Counted from the stretch's first letter, positions 17,781 to 27,389 are shown. The stretch is DNA of 64,000 bases from a bacterium (GCA_043756865.1 JAYUQG010000024.1:27259-91258); one strand, 5' to 3'. Notes: generated from the sequence alone by a model not told the origin. A program made the numbers and translations.

Positions 17781-18974
17781 ATGGATTTGCAACACAAAGA
17801 CTTCCGTACATTGTTCCAGACACTTGTCATGTTTATTTCGCTTGTGACATACCCGCATACTGCATTTGCGGTACTTCCTCCAGATATTTTGTTTTCTGTG
17901 GGAGCCAGCCTCTGGCAAATTCTCGCCATGGTGGGTGTATTTGTGACTGGAGCAGCGATGTCGGTGCTGCCATTTCTCAAGGGTGTGTTTACGGGGGATC
18001 GTAACTGGAGGGTCATTTCGCTCTGCGTGGGACTCACATTGCTTGCGGGTACAGGACTGCTCGCATTTCTCTCAAGGCCCAATGCGACCCCCACACCACA
18101 GCCGTCTGTGTCCACTGGAACTTCTGCATCCCTGGGATATCGTTTCTTCGCTGATCGGTTTGTTATACACGGAACGCGTAAGGATGGTACCCCTCTTCTG
18201 GTTGATTTGGTGATCAATAGAAAAGAGGCCACTCCAGGAGTATTTGCACACTACTATATGGCGCAAATTATTGATGGCGAAGCAACCGCAAAAGACTATT
18301 TTACTAGGGATGCTGCATCGCATGAGGTCCTTCCCGACCTCCTTTTCACGCGATTTGTGCGACATGCTACGTCGAGTGAACCTTCACGCGAGTGGCAGGG
18401 GTTCTCATTTTACATGCTCGGGAAGCAATATGCGGTAAGCTCGGGCCCCATGGACGGGGATTTTGTGGTGCGTAACGTTCCTGAATACAGTGAGTATTCG
18501 AGTGCGGGGTCTGGAATCGTATCCGAGGAGGGGGAGCAGGTTCCTGTTTCTATTTATCACGAACGTGTTTACTCTACTGACTATCGTCCACTTATCTTCT
18601 TTGAAGGCTCCGTAACACTCCGTTCAGAGACCGTGCAACTCGTACTATGGGATGCACTTGGAAACTTTTATCTTATTGACCGCTCGCTCGTCCCCGAGCC
18701 TTCCCCTGTTTATGCTTCTCATTTTTGGGCGTTATACAAAGACACAATGGGATATGTCAAAAAGGGATTTGTGGGTGAGGCATCAATGCAGCGCGACGGA
18801 GAAACAGTTAAATTCTTTAGCACGGTCCCTGCATTTGCAGATGCGCAGGTTGGGGTGACGCTCAAAACAAAGTTTAAGGATGATTTCGACAAAGGGTACG
18901 TTGAAGGTCAGATTGCTGACAGCGCAGGAGTGCGAAAAATTTCTGGGCAAGGCTACTTTAATATCTATGAATAA
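17781..18974 (+). CDS. hypothetical membrane-anchored protein
   Basis: N-terminal TM helices, then a roughly 300-aa soluble domain. The ORF-track start at 17739 is TTG, and the first ATG is 17781. The 3' end overlaps the start of the next gene by 8 nt. Confidence 0.45.
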   Translation: MDLQHKDFRTLFQTLVMFISLVTYPHTAFAVLPPDILFSVGASLWQILAMVGVFVTGAAMSVLPFLKGVFTGDRNWRVISLCVGLTLLAGTGLLAFLSRPNATPTPQPSVSTGTSASLGYRFFADRFVIHGTRKDGTPLLVDLVINRKEATPGVFAHYYMAQIIDGEATAKDYFTRDAASHEVLPDLLFTRFVRHATSSEPSREWQGFSFYMLGKQYAVSSGPMDGDFVVRNVPEYSEYSSAGSGIVSEEGEQVPVSIYHERVYSTDYRPLIFFEGSVTLRSETVQLVLWDALGNFYLIDRSLVPEPSPVYASHFWALYKDTMGYVKKGFVGEASMQRDGETVKFFSTVPAFADAQVGVTLKTKFKDDFDKGYVEGQIADSAGVRKISGQGYFNIYE

Positions 18975-21054
18975 TAATATACCCACGGATTTCCTTGTCA
19001 GTGCTCTGAATACTATTGGGAAAGAAAAGGAGTTTGGAGGAAAGACCATACGTCTTGCAGAACTGATACGTGAGGGGTATGCAGTGCCTACTTTTTTTGC
19101 AATTTCCGCGCCATTGGTTTTCCGCATGAAGGAGGAATTTAAAATTGATACTTATACAGTAGTGACGCAAATAGCTCACGAAGTGACCGTGCGTATCCCT
19201 GCGACACATTATGCGGTTCGTTCAAGCGCGCTTGCAGAGGACGGTGGCAACTCATCACATGCAGGAGAGTTTCTGACGTGCCTTAATGTTCCACCCGAAG
19301 GCGTTGCACAAGCAATCGCTGATGTGTTCCGTGATGCAATGCATAAAGGTTACGTCACCGCCGCACTCCCATTTTCAATAATTATTCAGGAATTTCAGGA
19401 ACCCGAGTTGGCTGGGGTACTATTCACGCGGCACCCGAGCGGTGAACGTGAGATGCTTCTTGAATGGACAAAGGGTAGGGGGGAGCAGGTTGTCTCAGGT
19501 CGTGGTGGAAAACGTTTGTCTTTTTTACGCGGCTCTCCGCCCTCCGCACTACCTCCAGCAGCGCGCCCGCTTGTGGATGTTGGCATTGCCATTGAATCAC
19601 TTTATAACTTTCCTCAGGATATCGAATGGGCAGTATCGGGCGGAAGACTGTTCTTGCTCCAAACTCGTCCTATCACCACGATTACTGGAGAGCGGTATGC
19701 GGGTATACTCAAGGCAGACGAAGTGGCGATGGGTTACCCAAAGGAATATTATTATGCGCGCGGTACACTGGCTGAGTCGTTTTCACGACCGCCTATCCTC
19801 GCTCGTTCCTTGCTGGAATACGTCTATCGTGCTTCCGGTCCTGTTGAACGCGCGTATCGCAAGCTTGGGGTGCATCCTGCATCAGCAGTGAGTTTTGTGA
19901 CGCTTTGTGGGGCATACTACATCGACCGAGAGTCGGAACTGAGGCAGTTTTATCCGACGCACAGCTATTTTGGCGGCACGCTACTGCGCCCGCATGTGGT
20001 GACACTCTCTGGGCTCTTTCGCACAATGCAAAATACGCGCGCACTCGCGCAACTTCCAAGAAAAAATATTGATACATATAAAGCAGAATTTACTGCAATT
20101 ACACATGAATGGTCTGAACTGGCAGACACAAGTGCCACATGGGAAGAGCATCTTTTGTTTCTCGACGCGTGGTACGAGCAAATATTTTTGGTCAACGTGG
20201 AGACCGAGGCGGCCATGCATAAACTGCGTGGTGCACTGCGTGGCTCGCCACACGCACTGGCAAATGTTATTGGCGCAACACTAGAGAACGTTGCCACACA
20301 TGCTCCACGCACCGCATTGCTTGGGGGAGTAAAAGCGCACATGAAGGGAAACTCGTTGAACATTGCTGATATGAGCGTATTTCAACACAAGCCTCCTGTA
20401 GCTACTCACTCGAACTTGGCGATACGTGATTGGTACAATGCGCTACCTTCGTCCCATCGTTCGCGTTTTGCACAAGCACTAGGAGAGTACCGTGCATATG
20501 AAGCACTCCGTGAGGAGGGGAGGTGGCTTACTGTCTTGCTCATGTCTGGACTACGGGACGCACTTATGCAGCGTAGTGCAGCATCAGGAATTCCAAATGA
20601 ACTTTGCTTTTTTCTCACACTCGACGAACTTCGGAGCGGGGATTGTGCAGTCGAAAAACTCAGGTCACGGTTTCAGGAACAAAGAGCATCTGACTTACTT
20701 GATTTTCCAGACGTTATTGCAAGCATTCCACGAGAGCGAAGCGAAGAAATCTATGGAGTTTCCGCAGGGGTGGCAACGGGCACACTTTCCTCATCTCGGA
20801 CAAACAAGGAAAAAGACACAATACTATTGGTAGATCATCTCGACCCGGAATTAGTCAGACATTTCCCGCACATAGCAGGAATCATCGCACGAGAAGGAGG
20901 AATACTCTCGCATCTTGCAATCATCGCTCGCGAATATGGAATCCCTGTTGTTGTCGATAGGCGCAGCGGTTCTTCATATCGGAGCGGAGACCACGTGCGG
21001 ATAGACGGAGGAAGTGGAACTATTGAGGTATCTGTAGCCCAGGAGAAGACATAA
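18967..21054 (+). CDS. PEP-utilizing enzyme family protein (PPDK-type N-terminal ATP-grasp plus C-terminal phosphohistidine swivel domain; PEP synthase / rifampicin-phosphotransferase-like)
   Basis: AVRSSALAEDGGNSSHAGEFLTCLNV matches the PPDK_N (pyruvate phosphate dikinase PEP/pyruvate-binding N-domain) motif. C-terminal GGILSHLAIIAREYGIPVVV matches the PEP-utilizers mobile His domain. No C-terminal PEP/pyruvate TIM-barrel. Confidence 0.65.
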   Translation: MNNNIPTDFLVSALNTIGKEKEFGGKTIRLAELIREGYAVPTFFAISAPLVFRMKEEFKIDTYTVVTQIAHEVTVRIPATHYAVRSSALAEDGGNSSHAGEFLTCLNVPPEGVAQAIADVFRDAMHKGYVTAALPFSIIIQEFQEPELAGVLFTRHPSGEREMLLEWTKGRGEQVVSGRGGKRLSFLRGSPPSALPPAARPLVDVGIAIESLYNFPQDIEWAVSGGRLFLLQTRPITTITGERYAGILKADEVAMGYPKEYYYARGTLAESFSRPPILARSLLEYVYRASGPVERAYRKLGVHPASAVSFVTLCGAYYIDRESELRQFYPTHSYFGGTLLRPHVVTLSGLFRTMQNTRALAQLPRKNIDTYKAEFTAITHEWSELADTSATWEEHLLFLDAWYEQIFLVNVETEAAMHKLRGALRGSPHALANVIGATLENVATHAPRTALLGGVKAHMKGNSLNIADMSVFQHKPPVATHSNLAIRDWYNALPSSHRSRFAQALGEYRAYEALREEGRWLTVLLMSGLRDALMQRSAASGIPNELCFFLTLDELRSGDCAVEKLRSRFQEQRASDLLDFPDVIASIPRERSEEIYGVSAGVATGTLSSSRTNKEKDTILLVDHLDPELVRHFPHIAGIIAREGGILSHLAIIAREYGIPVVVDRRSGSSYRSGDHVRIDGGSGTIEVSVAQEKT

Positions 21055-22222
21055 CAGGGACAGTTCGGGGTGGTGTAAGCGTGGTGTCGCGGTCAAGAAT
21101 CACCGTTTCCAAGTCACACTCTTCTCCCGTGGAGTGTGTATTCCACTTTGTGGTTGCTGATGAGTACCCATCAATTGGCATGGGGGCACTTTTTGCGTCC
21201 GTGCCGTCACTTGCGGGAAGGGCGAATGTGGCACAGAGCTCGAATTCTCCCTCAGTAACTGCGCCATTTTTCTGCATTGGGTTTGTAATACGATAAGTAT
21301 AAGGAATGCCTGTTTCTGGATCGGCGATGGTGGACATGCAGTATGCATACGCACTGGATTTTCCAATTTCAAAAAGCGTTGCGGGAAGCTGTTTGCGCTC
21401 CATTGCATATCCCGAGACGCAGTTTGCGATATTCATCAGATCGCTCGAACGCTGTGAGTCCAGACCGCGCATGCGTTCTGTTTTTGGCGAACCGGAAACG
21501 CTGAATCCGAGAATGATACCAATAACGACAAAGACGGTAACCCCAAGACCAATAGAGTGAAATGTTTTTCCCGTAATCGGATTTTTGTACTGAATCTTTT
21601 TGCGCTCGAGAAAGTAAAATCCAAAAATGGAACCTGCAACGAGAAGGATAGTAAGCGCTTTGAAGAAGAATCGCGCAGATACTTCGCCTTGCAGAAAGTA
21701 AAAGACGGTGACAATAAGGTCGCCCACGATTGTTACTGCAGTAATAAGCAGTACCAGATAGGTAAGCCATTTGGTGAGCTTCGATTCTACTTTGTCCTCA
21801 TCCTCACGGAACCGTTTAAACCACATGCGTACCGAAGATGCATAAAGGGGGAACGCCACAACGAGTGCGGCGATTGAGTAGTGCATTGCACTCGAAGAGG
21901 TGTCCGCATATCCATAACGTATGAGTAGTGGGTCAGGAAAAAAGTAATTAATGATTTGGTAATAGAGTGTCGCGAGTGCGGTCGCAACAATTCCAAGGAG
22001 TATAAATGAGAAGAAATTCAATACCACTTCGACCGTACTCGAAAGTGTGCCTACGCGGTGTCCGCGCTCGGGGGTGGGGACACCGGATGCAACAAGCGCA
22101 GCGGCAATTGCCTCATTTGCCTCATCGTGGGACCAGCCAACAGCCATGAGATTTGCTTTAACTGATTCAGTGTTACTTCCTGACTTTAGCGCTGCGAGGG
22201 TGTAGGTATGTATATTTTCCAT
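21020..22222 (-). CDS. hypothetical polytopic membrane protein
   Basis: Several TM helices and a C-terminal soluble tail. Start chosen at MENIHTY (22222). Confidence 0.45.
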   Translation of the reverse strand: MENIHTYTLAALKSGSNTESVKANLMAVGWSHDEANEAIAAALVASGVPTPERGHRVGTLSSTVEVVLNFFSFILLGIVATALATLYYQIINYFFPDPLLIRYGYADTSSSAMHYSIAALVVAFPLYASSVRMWFKRFREDEDKVESKLTKWLTYLVLLITAVTIVGDLIVTVFYFLQGEVSARFFFKALTILLVAGSIFGFYFLERKKIQYKNPITGKTFHSIGLGVTVFVVIGIILGFSVSGSPKTERMRGLDSQRSSDLMNIANCVSGYAMERKQLPATLFEIGKSSAYAYCMSTIADPETGIPYTYRITNPMQKNGAVTEGEFELCATFALPASDGTDAKSAPMPIDGYSSATTKWNTHSTGEECDLETVILDRDTTLTPPRTVPVMSSPGLQIPQ

Positions 22223-22238
22223 ATAATAAGTATAACAA

Positions 22239-22571
22239 ATGAAACAACACATATGTGACAACGCGCCACGTAAAGTACCAGTGCCAACGCTTGCAAATTA
22301 CGGTATCTTTTGGGAAAGTATACCTAGGTACCATGAAGGGCAAATGATGTTTAAAGGACTAAAGTCGTGGTGGAAAACTCACCAGCTCTGGAATCGTTTT
22401 TTTAAAGAACTTGAGAGGCTTGCGTATCAATTTGAACGCCGCACTGACTGTGCTGAGTGCGTGGCACACCTCACGGCAATCCAAGAAACATTTATCGCCG
22501 AGGGGCTTCCTGAGGATGAGGTTCGGCGACATCGTCCCATGGCATACTTGCATTACGGTGGAATTTGCTAA
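22239..22571 (+). CDS. hypothetical small protein
   Basis: 110-aa ORF followed by the hairpin GCCCCgcgCAC...GTGtGGGGC plus T-run at 22580-22612. Confidence 0.3.
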   Translation: MKQHICDNAPRKVPVPTLANYGIFWESIPRYHEGQMMFKGLKSWWKTHQLWNRFFKELERLAYQFERRTDCAECVAHLTAIQETFIAEGLPEDEVRRHRPMAYLHYGGIC

Positions 22572-22682
22572 TACCCCCCAGGCTTCAAAAGCCCCGCGCA
22601 CCTTGTGTGGGGCCTTTTCTTTTATTCCCCGTTTTCCTTTATACTGGTGAGAGTCATATTGTTCACTTTCTCTGGAGTTGTG

Positions 22683-22979
22683 ATGGCCGTACCTTTGTCG
22701 CCTCGACGATGTTCATACCCGGGATGCACTATTGTGTTCGGGGGACCAAATCGCCTCTTTTGTGCTAGACACAGCCAACTTCTCCTCGAGTTGGCAACAA
22801 AAAAGAAAGAGGCACCGCCAGTTCCTTCATCTTCGCCCCCACTTCCTGCACCGGCACCCCCCGCTCCCGTATCACCCACTTCGCCCACAGAGAGTCCTGT
22901 GCGGCGCGTTCGTCGCGGACACCGCGACCAAGTTGAAGTGCTGAAACGAAAAATCGCCAGACGTTCCGAGTCACCTTAA
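22683..22979 (+). CDS. hypothetical protein with N-terminal Cys cluster and Pro-rich segment
   Basis: MAVPLSPRRCSYPGCTIVFGGPNRLFCARH (C-x4-C...C-x2-H), then a PPLPAPAPPAP-type low-complexity run and a basic C-terminus. Confidence 0.4.
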   Translation: MAVPLSPRRCSYPGCTIVFGGPNRLFCARHSQLLLELATKKKEAPPVPSSSPPLPAPAPPAPVSPTSPTESPVRRVRRGHRDQVEVLKRKIARRSESP

Positions 22980-22991
22980 GTGTGGCTCTTT

Positions 22992-23381
22992 TTATACACC
23001 CCGCGCTTGCGCCTGTGTGCCCAACACTTCATTTACTTTTGTTATCACTTCCCATGGGCGAATGTTTGCTTTGTTGAGATATGCCGCTGCCCCCAGCTTT
23101 TTACCTTCAGCAATATGCTCCTCGTCATTAAGGTTACTGAGAATAATGACCGGAATCTTTTTCAGTGCTGGGTTATTTTTGACTTGCGCAAGTAGCTCCA
23201 GCCCGCTCATTCCGGGAAGCATGATATCAAGCAACATGAGGTCAGGATTCTTTTCTGTAATAATTGGCAATGCTTCTTCGGCGGTTACTGCACTGAGTAA
23301 CTTATAATTTGCAAATGTAACGGACAGCCCCATGAGTTCCGCAAGTAACGGATCGTCTTCAACGAGGAGAATTGTAAGCAT
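22992..23381 (-). CDS. stand-alone response regulator receiver domain (CheY-like)
   Basis: LLVEDD, the phospho-acceptor Asp in LMLLDIMLPGMSG, and the conserved Lys in AYLNK. Confidence 0.75.
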   Translation of the reverse strand: MLTILLVEDDPLLAELMGLSVTFANYKLLSAVTAEEALPIITEKNPDLMLLDIMLPGMSGLELLAQVKNNPALKKIPVIILSNLNDEEHIAEGKKLGAAAYLNKANIRPWEVITKVNEVLGTQAQARGV

Positions 23382-23545
23382 AGTGTTATTTTCGCATTTT
23401 TAATTGAATATGAAAAGATAATAAGTATCATATCTCGCAACTAAAACGAGGAGCCTTTCTTGTATACAGTGGGGAATTGACTCGCCCACACGTATTTGAC
23501 AAAGTAGGTTTTGTAATGTATTCATATATTAGTATTGTTTGAGGA

Positions 23546-24043
23546 GTGTCCATGCTTATCGATCTTCGTGACCGAGTCTCCACAAGGGCTGCAACGCTCT
23601 TTCTCGACGAGCAGCGTTCGCAAGGCAAAAAAATTGGCTACACATCGGGTTGCTATGACCTGATACATTTCAATCACTTCTGGTACTTTCAACTGTGTCG
23701 TCGGCAGTGTGATGTACTCATTGTCGGGGTTGATTCTGACGAAATGGTGCGCAGCGAAAAAGGCCTAACGCGTCCGTTCACGTCTGACTTCAAGCGACTC
23801 TTGATGGTGGATGCACTCAAGCCGGTCACCTTTGCATTCATCATGGGGAGTTCCTCTGACTTTGCTCGGGCAGCAGAACTCTTCACCCCCGACTACATGT
23901 TCCGCAACGACGACTTTCTCGGACGCGAAGACCAAGTGTGGGGACGCGAGTTTGCTGGCGAGGTGGTCATCATCCGTGACGTTGAGGACCACACCTCAAC
24001 AACAGCACTTTCACGGAGCATTGCGAGTCGCCTCGCCACATAG
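23546..24043 (+). CDS. cytidylyltransferase-like nucleotidyltransferase (RfaE/HldE domain II-like) with degenerate HxGH
   Basis: GYTSGCYDLIHFNHFWYFQLCRRQCDVLIVGVDSDEMV aligns to the (H/T)xGH nucleotidyltransferase fold, but with HFNH in place of HxGH. GAGGAG ribosome-binding site. Confidence 0.45.
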   Translation: MSMLIDLRDRVSTRAATLFLDEQRSQGKKIGYTSGCYDLIHFNHFWYFQLCRRQCDVLIVGVDSDEMVRSEKGLTRPFTSDFKRLLMVDALKPVTFAFIMGSSSDFARAAELFTPDYMFRNDDFLGREDQVWGREFAGEVVIIRDVEDHTSTTALSRSIASRLAT

Positions 24044-24087
24044 ATGCAAACCCCGACTCACGTTGGGGTATTTTTCAATAAATAAAA

Positions 24088-24113
24088 AACACCCCAATGC
24101 AGGGGTGTGTGAT
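24088..24113. terminator. bidirectional terminator
   Basis: AAAAAACACCCC-aatgca-GGGGTGTGTG palindrome between convergent genes. Confidence 0.5.
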
Positions 24114-24114
24114 A

Positions 24115-25149
24115 CTAACTCAAAGGTACTGAGGAGGCAAACGGAGCGCGTTCATACACACCACGAAAGCCGTCGAATACATTGATAGCGCGTCCAAGGA
24201 GGTCTTCCTTGAGACAGAGCTCGTCGCAGAGCATCATGCGCCGGTATCCAATGTCGTAGAGCCATGCGAGCTCCGACAGATCAGCGTTTGAAGGCACAGA
24301 GTCACGAATGGCCGAAAGGAGAATCCGCGAACCGACGCAGGCCTCAGGGTCTTTGTCGGCAATCAGCCTTACTGCGGAAAGGATATCGTGCGGTCGGTCG
24401 ACTTCGACGAACATGTCACCGCGTGCTGCGACGAGTGAGAGTTCATTACACTTTCTGAAGTCACGCTCGACATACGCGAGTCCTTTTTTGTCCTCAATCT
24501 TGAGGTAGACCTCGGCATCACGTCCGACGAGCTCGCGAAATTCGTCCACATCGCGTTTCGACTGAACGTACGAAAGAAAGTACTTCGTAAATCCCGCTGC
24601 TTTCACGCGTGCTATCTTTGCGAGTTCTTTGTCGGTGAACTGTGGGCCAAAAACTTCCAAACTGGGATGACGAATATGGAGTGACTCGCCTGCGACCAGA
24701 TTGTAGTGTGGTTCGCGGGGCGAAAGTACCAGTCGTCTCCCGTTCTCTTCAATCCGCTCCAAGAGTGCATGATCGGCTCCCGCTTTGAATAAGACAGGAG
24801 TCGGGGTCACGACCTTGATGGGGTGATTCAAGACGAGTTCGTAGTGATCGTCTGCACGATGCACTTCTTCGATACGCAACTGTCGTCCCTTCACATCGAA
24901 GTAGAGGGGGACAGGGTTTGTGCTTGCACGACTGCCGAGCCGCGCGAGTTCTTCCTCGAGCATGGGCCCCGTAATCATCGCACTGTTGAGGCGGATGCCG
25001 TGGAGCCGTTTGTCGGTCGCGAATCGTTCGAAGTGTGGGAAGCTAGGCCACAAGGTGACCATAAGCTCGAGCTTGAGGCTCTCGCGAACGAATGTCGGAT
25101 CTCGCCGAAACATTCTATCCAACAGATCACGCAAGCGCGTCGAGCTCAT
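24115..25149 (-). CDS. pyruvate kinase-like barrel protein (A+B domain-like; no C-terminal regulatory domain)
   Basis: KIEDKKGLAYVERDFRKCNELSLVAARGDMFVEVD parallels PK KIEN..G..N.DEI...DGIMVARGDLGVEI. LYFDVKGRQLRI parallels the PK DTKGPEIR block. Start chosen at 25149, which has an AAGGAAAGGA ribosome-binding site. The ORF extends to 25236. Confidence 0.45.
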   Translation of the reverse strand: MSSTRLRDLLDRMFRRDPTFVRESLKLELMVTLWPSFPHFERFATDKRLHGIRLNSAMITGPMLEEELARLGSRASTNPVPLYFDVKGRQLRIEEVHRADDHYELVLNHPIKVVTPTPVLFKAGADHALLERIEENGRRLVLSPREPHYNLVAGESLHIRHPSLEVFGPQFTDKELAKIARVKAAGFTKYFLSYVQSKRDVDEFRELVGRDAEVYLKIEDKKGLAYVERDFRKCNELSLVAARGDMFVEVDRPHDILSAVRLIADKDPEACVGSRILLSAIRDSVPSNADLSELAWLYDIGYRRMMLCDELCLKEDLLGRAINVFDGFRGVYERAPFASSVPLS

Positions 25150-26122
25150 CGCTGTCGTCCTTTCCTTTGCGTCCGGCGAGTCGTGACTTGCCGGGGTCAA
25201 CCACTGCGCCACCGCGCTTCGGTCCAGGGAGTGCAAGCACGGTCTTTAATGATTTCATCACGGTGAGCACTTGGTCATGGCGTTGGCGACCTGCGATTTC
25301 TTCTTGGAAGTACCCAATACGCCCAGACTCCTTGGCCAGAATCCCGAAGATGACGTCCACGACGCGGTCAGCTGACGGCAAGATTGCGATGTGGTCGGCA
25401 CCGATGAGCGCAGCCCAGTCGTCGTATATGCGTTGGTCTGTGGGGGTCATGCGGTCGCCTGGCGTATCGTCATAAGGCTTCTTCACGAGGTAGACTGCGA
25501 ACTTTTGTCTGAGTTCATCAAATACCTGTTTTGTTGTGATGTTGCCTTCGAGGTCGACGTGCGCATATTTCTTTGCGTCATCCTTGGTAATCATGTCGTA
25601 CGGCGATTCGTCGCCGATGAAGATGATGACGGGATTCACGGCGTTCGGAAGCGATGCATTACGCGCATAGTAGAGCGCAGCAAGTTCATATGTCTCCTGC
25701 TTTGTCCCACCACCCTTTTTTTCCATGATGAGCGCTTCGAGTTCCGACTTCATGTGTTCGCCTTTGGAAAAGGCGCGAATTTGAAGTGGGTAGTCTTCCC
25801 GATGGCGTGCGTCCCCGATTGCTGCAAAGGAGAACTCGACATCTGTGCCGAGATATTCTTCACGTGCTTCGTGGTCGAGGTACGGCAGCTTCGAAAACAT
25901 GACTGCCGGCCAATCTGCCATTGAGCCAGTTTGGTCAGCCACAATCACGAGTGCAGCGCGTGCTGCGGTCGCAATCGAGGTTGGGACAACATCCTTGAGG
26001 TCCCTGCCCGTTTTCTTTGCGTCGTCGTAGCTGCGCCCGGCGTGGACGTCGTATGCACGTCGTGCGCTTGAAAAGTCATGGCCGCCGCCCCATGCGGGGG
26101 TGAAATCGCCTGCTTCAGACAT
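25127..26122 (-). CDS. von Willebrand factor type A (vWA) domain protein
   Basis: The MIDAS (metal-ion-dependent adhesion site) DxSxS motif occurs as VIVADQTGSM. Downstream T and IGD-like metal-coordination positions are present. A Lys/Arg-rich C-terminal tail. Confidence 0.6.
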   Translation of the reverse strand: MSEAGDFTPAWGGGHDFSSARRAYDVHAGRSYDDAKKTGRDLKDVVPTSIATAARAALVIVADQTGSMADWPAVMFSKLPYLDHEAREEYLGTDVEFSFAAIGDARHREDYPLQIRAFSKGEHMKSELEALIMEKKGGGTKQETYELAALYYARNASLPNAVNPVIIFIGDESPYDMITKDDAKKYAHVDLEGNITTKQVFDELRQKFAVYLVKKPYDDTPGDRMTPTDQRIYDDWAALIGADHIAILPSADRVVDVIFGILAKESGRIGYFQEEIAGRQRHDQVLTVMKSLKTVLALPGPKRGGAVVDPGKSRLAGRKGKDDSDELDALA

Positions 26123-26158
26123 GAGTTTGTCCTTTCGAGAGTGGGATTGATGTGAGGT

Positions 26159-27193
26159 TCACGACTTCACGCCGCGAATGGGTTTCATGCCCGAGGTGCT
26201 GCGACCAAACGCGGCAACTCGGATACGTTGGAATTCTTCGGTGATGTTTCTCTTGTTCCAGTTCGGACGTCTCATGACGTCGCGCACGATGAGCGAGCGT
26301 ATGAAGTCGCACATGGCGTCGGGTACTGTTGATGGTACTTCTTTGCGCACCACGGTCTCAATGCCGCCCCCCAAAAGAAACAGCATGGTCATGCCGAGAC
26401 TGTAGAAGTCGGTCTCGGGAATGAGCGGTTTTCCTTGAAGCTGTTCTTGCGGAGAAAAATGCTCGGTATATCCATCGGCTTGCGTGTCTCGGTCCGGCTT
26501 CACTTGCGAGAGTCCGAAGTCGACGAGACAAACGGTGTGGTCTGTCTCCTGCACGATGATGTTCTGCGGCTTGATGTCGCCGTGCACCACTCCGTTGTAG
26601 TGCAGATAGTGCAGTGCATTCAAGAGCCGCTCCGTAATCCATGCAACTGATTCTGCATCGAGTCGCCCTTTTTCTTCAACGATGTCGAAGAGATTTTTGC
26701 CCGGAATGTAGCTCATCACGAGAAAGTAGCGACCGTCGTCGGTGCGCACCAGCTCGCGTACTGCGGGGAGTGCAAAGTGTCGCAAGTCCCACAGCAGTTT
26801 TGTCTCACGCAAGAGGATAGCTTGAATATTCGCCTCGGGCCATGCGCAGTCTTTGATGCAGACAGGCAGTCCCGTGACAACATGTTCTGCAAGATAGGTT
26901 CTTCCAAACCCGCCTGCGGCAATCTTGCTTTTCACGCGATAAGCTCCCACGAGCTTGCCGCTGACACCTTCGCCTCGACGATACTTGTCGTATTGTTGAC
27001 GCAGTGCGTCGTCCCCAATCACGTTATAGGCCTCGTTGATCTCCTGTGACGTCCGCACGGTGCTTCCGTGGTCAGGATGCTTCAGGCTCATGAGTGCTTT
27101 CCACGCCGCTTTTATCACGGCAGGGTCGGCGGTCGGATGAACCTGAAGCCGCGCATAGAGGTCATGCTCGAACGCGGATAGTACTGGCTTCAT
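26159..27193 (-). CDS. J-domain (DnaJ-like) fused to Ser/Thr protein kinase
   Basis: N-terminal DLYARLQVHPTADPAVIKAAWKALMSLKHPDHG...EINEAYNVIGDDALRQQYD is a J-domain with its HPD motif. The kinase domain has AAGGFGRTY (Gly loop), VCIK, HGDIKPQNI (catalytic loop) and DFGLS. Confidence 0.7.
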   Translation of the reverse strand: MKPVLSAFEHDLYARLQVHPTADPAVIKAAWKALMSLKHPDHGSTVRTSQEINEAYNVIGDDALRQQYDKYRRGEGVSGKLVGAYRVKSKIAAGGFGRTYLAEHVVTGLPVCIKDCAWPEANIQAILLRETKLLWDLRHFALPAVRELVRTDDGRYFLVMSYIPGKNLFDIVEEKGRLDAESVAWITERLLNALHYLHYNGVVHGDIKPQNIIVQETDHTVCLVDFGLSQVKPDRDTQADGYTEHFSPQEQLQGKPLIPETDFYSLGMTMLFLLGGGIETVVRKEVPSTVPDAMCDFIRSLIVRDVMRRPNWNKRNITEEFQRIRVAAFGRSTSGMKPIRGVKS

Positions 27194-27389
27194 GCGATAT
27201 GTCTCCTTTCATAAAACTGAATTAATGTTCTCCTGTCCAAAATCTACAATATTTTTTACAAAAGTAAATGGGCCAGGTGAGCCTTGCTCACCTGGCCCAC
27301 GCTTGTGCTTAATCCATTTTTTTGTTCCGACTTCATTCATTTTTTAGCGGAAACAAGGTACTCTGGAATCAGAGCGCAAAGGAGCAGGT

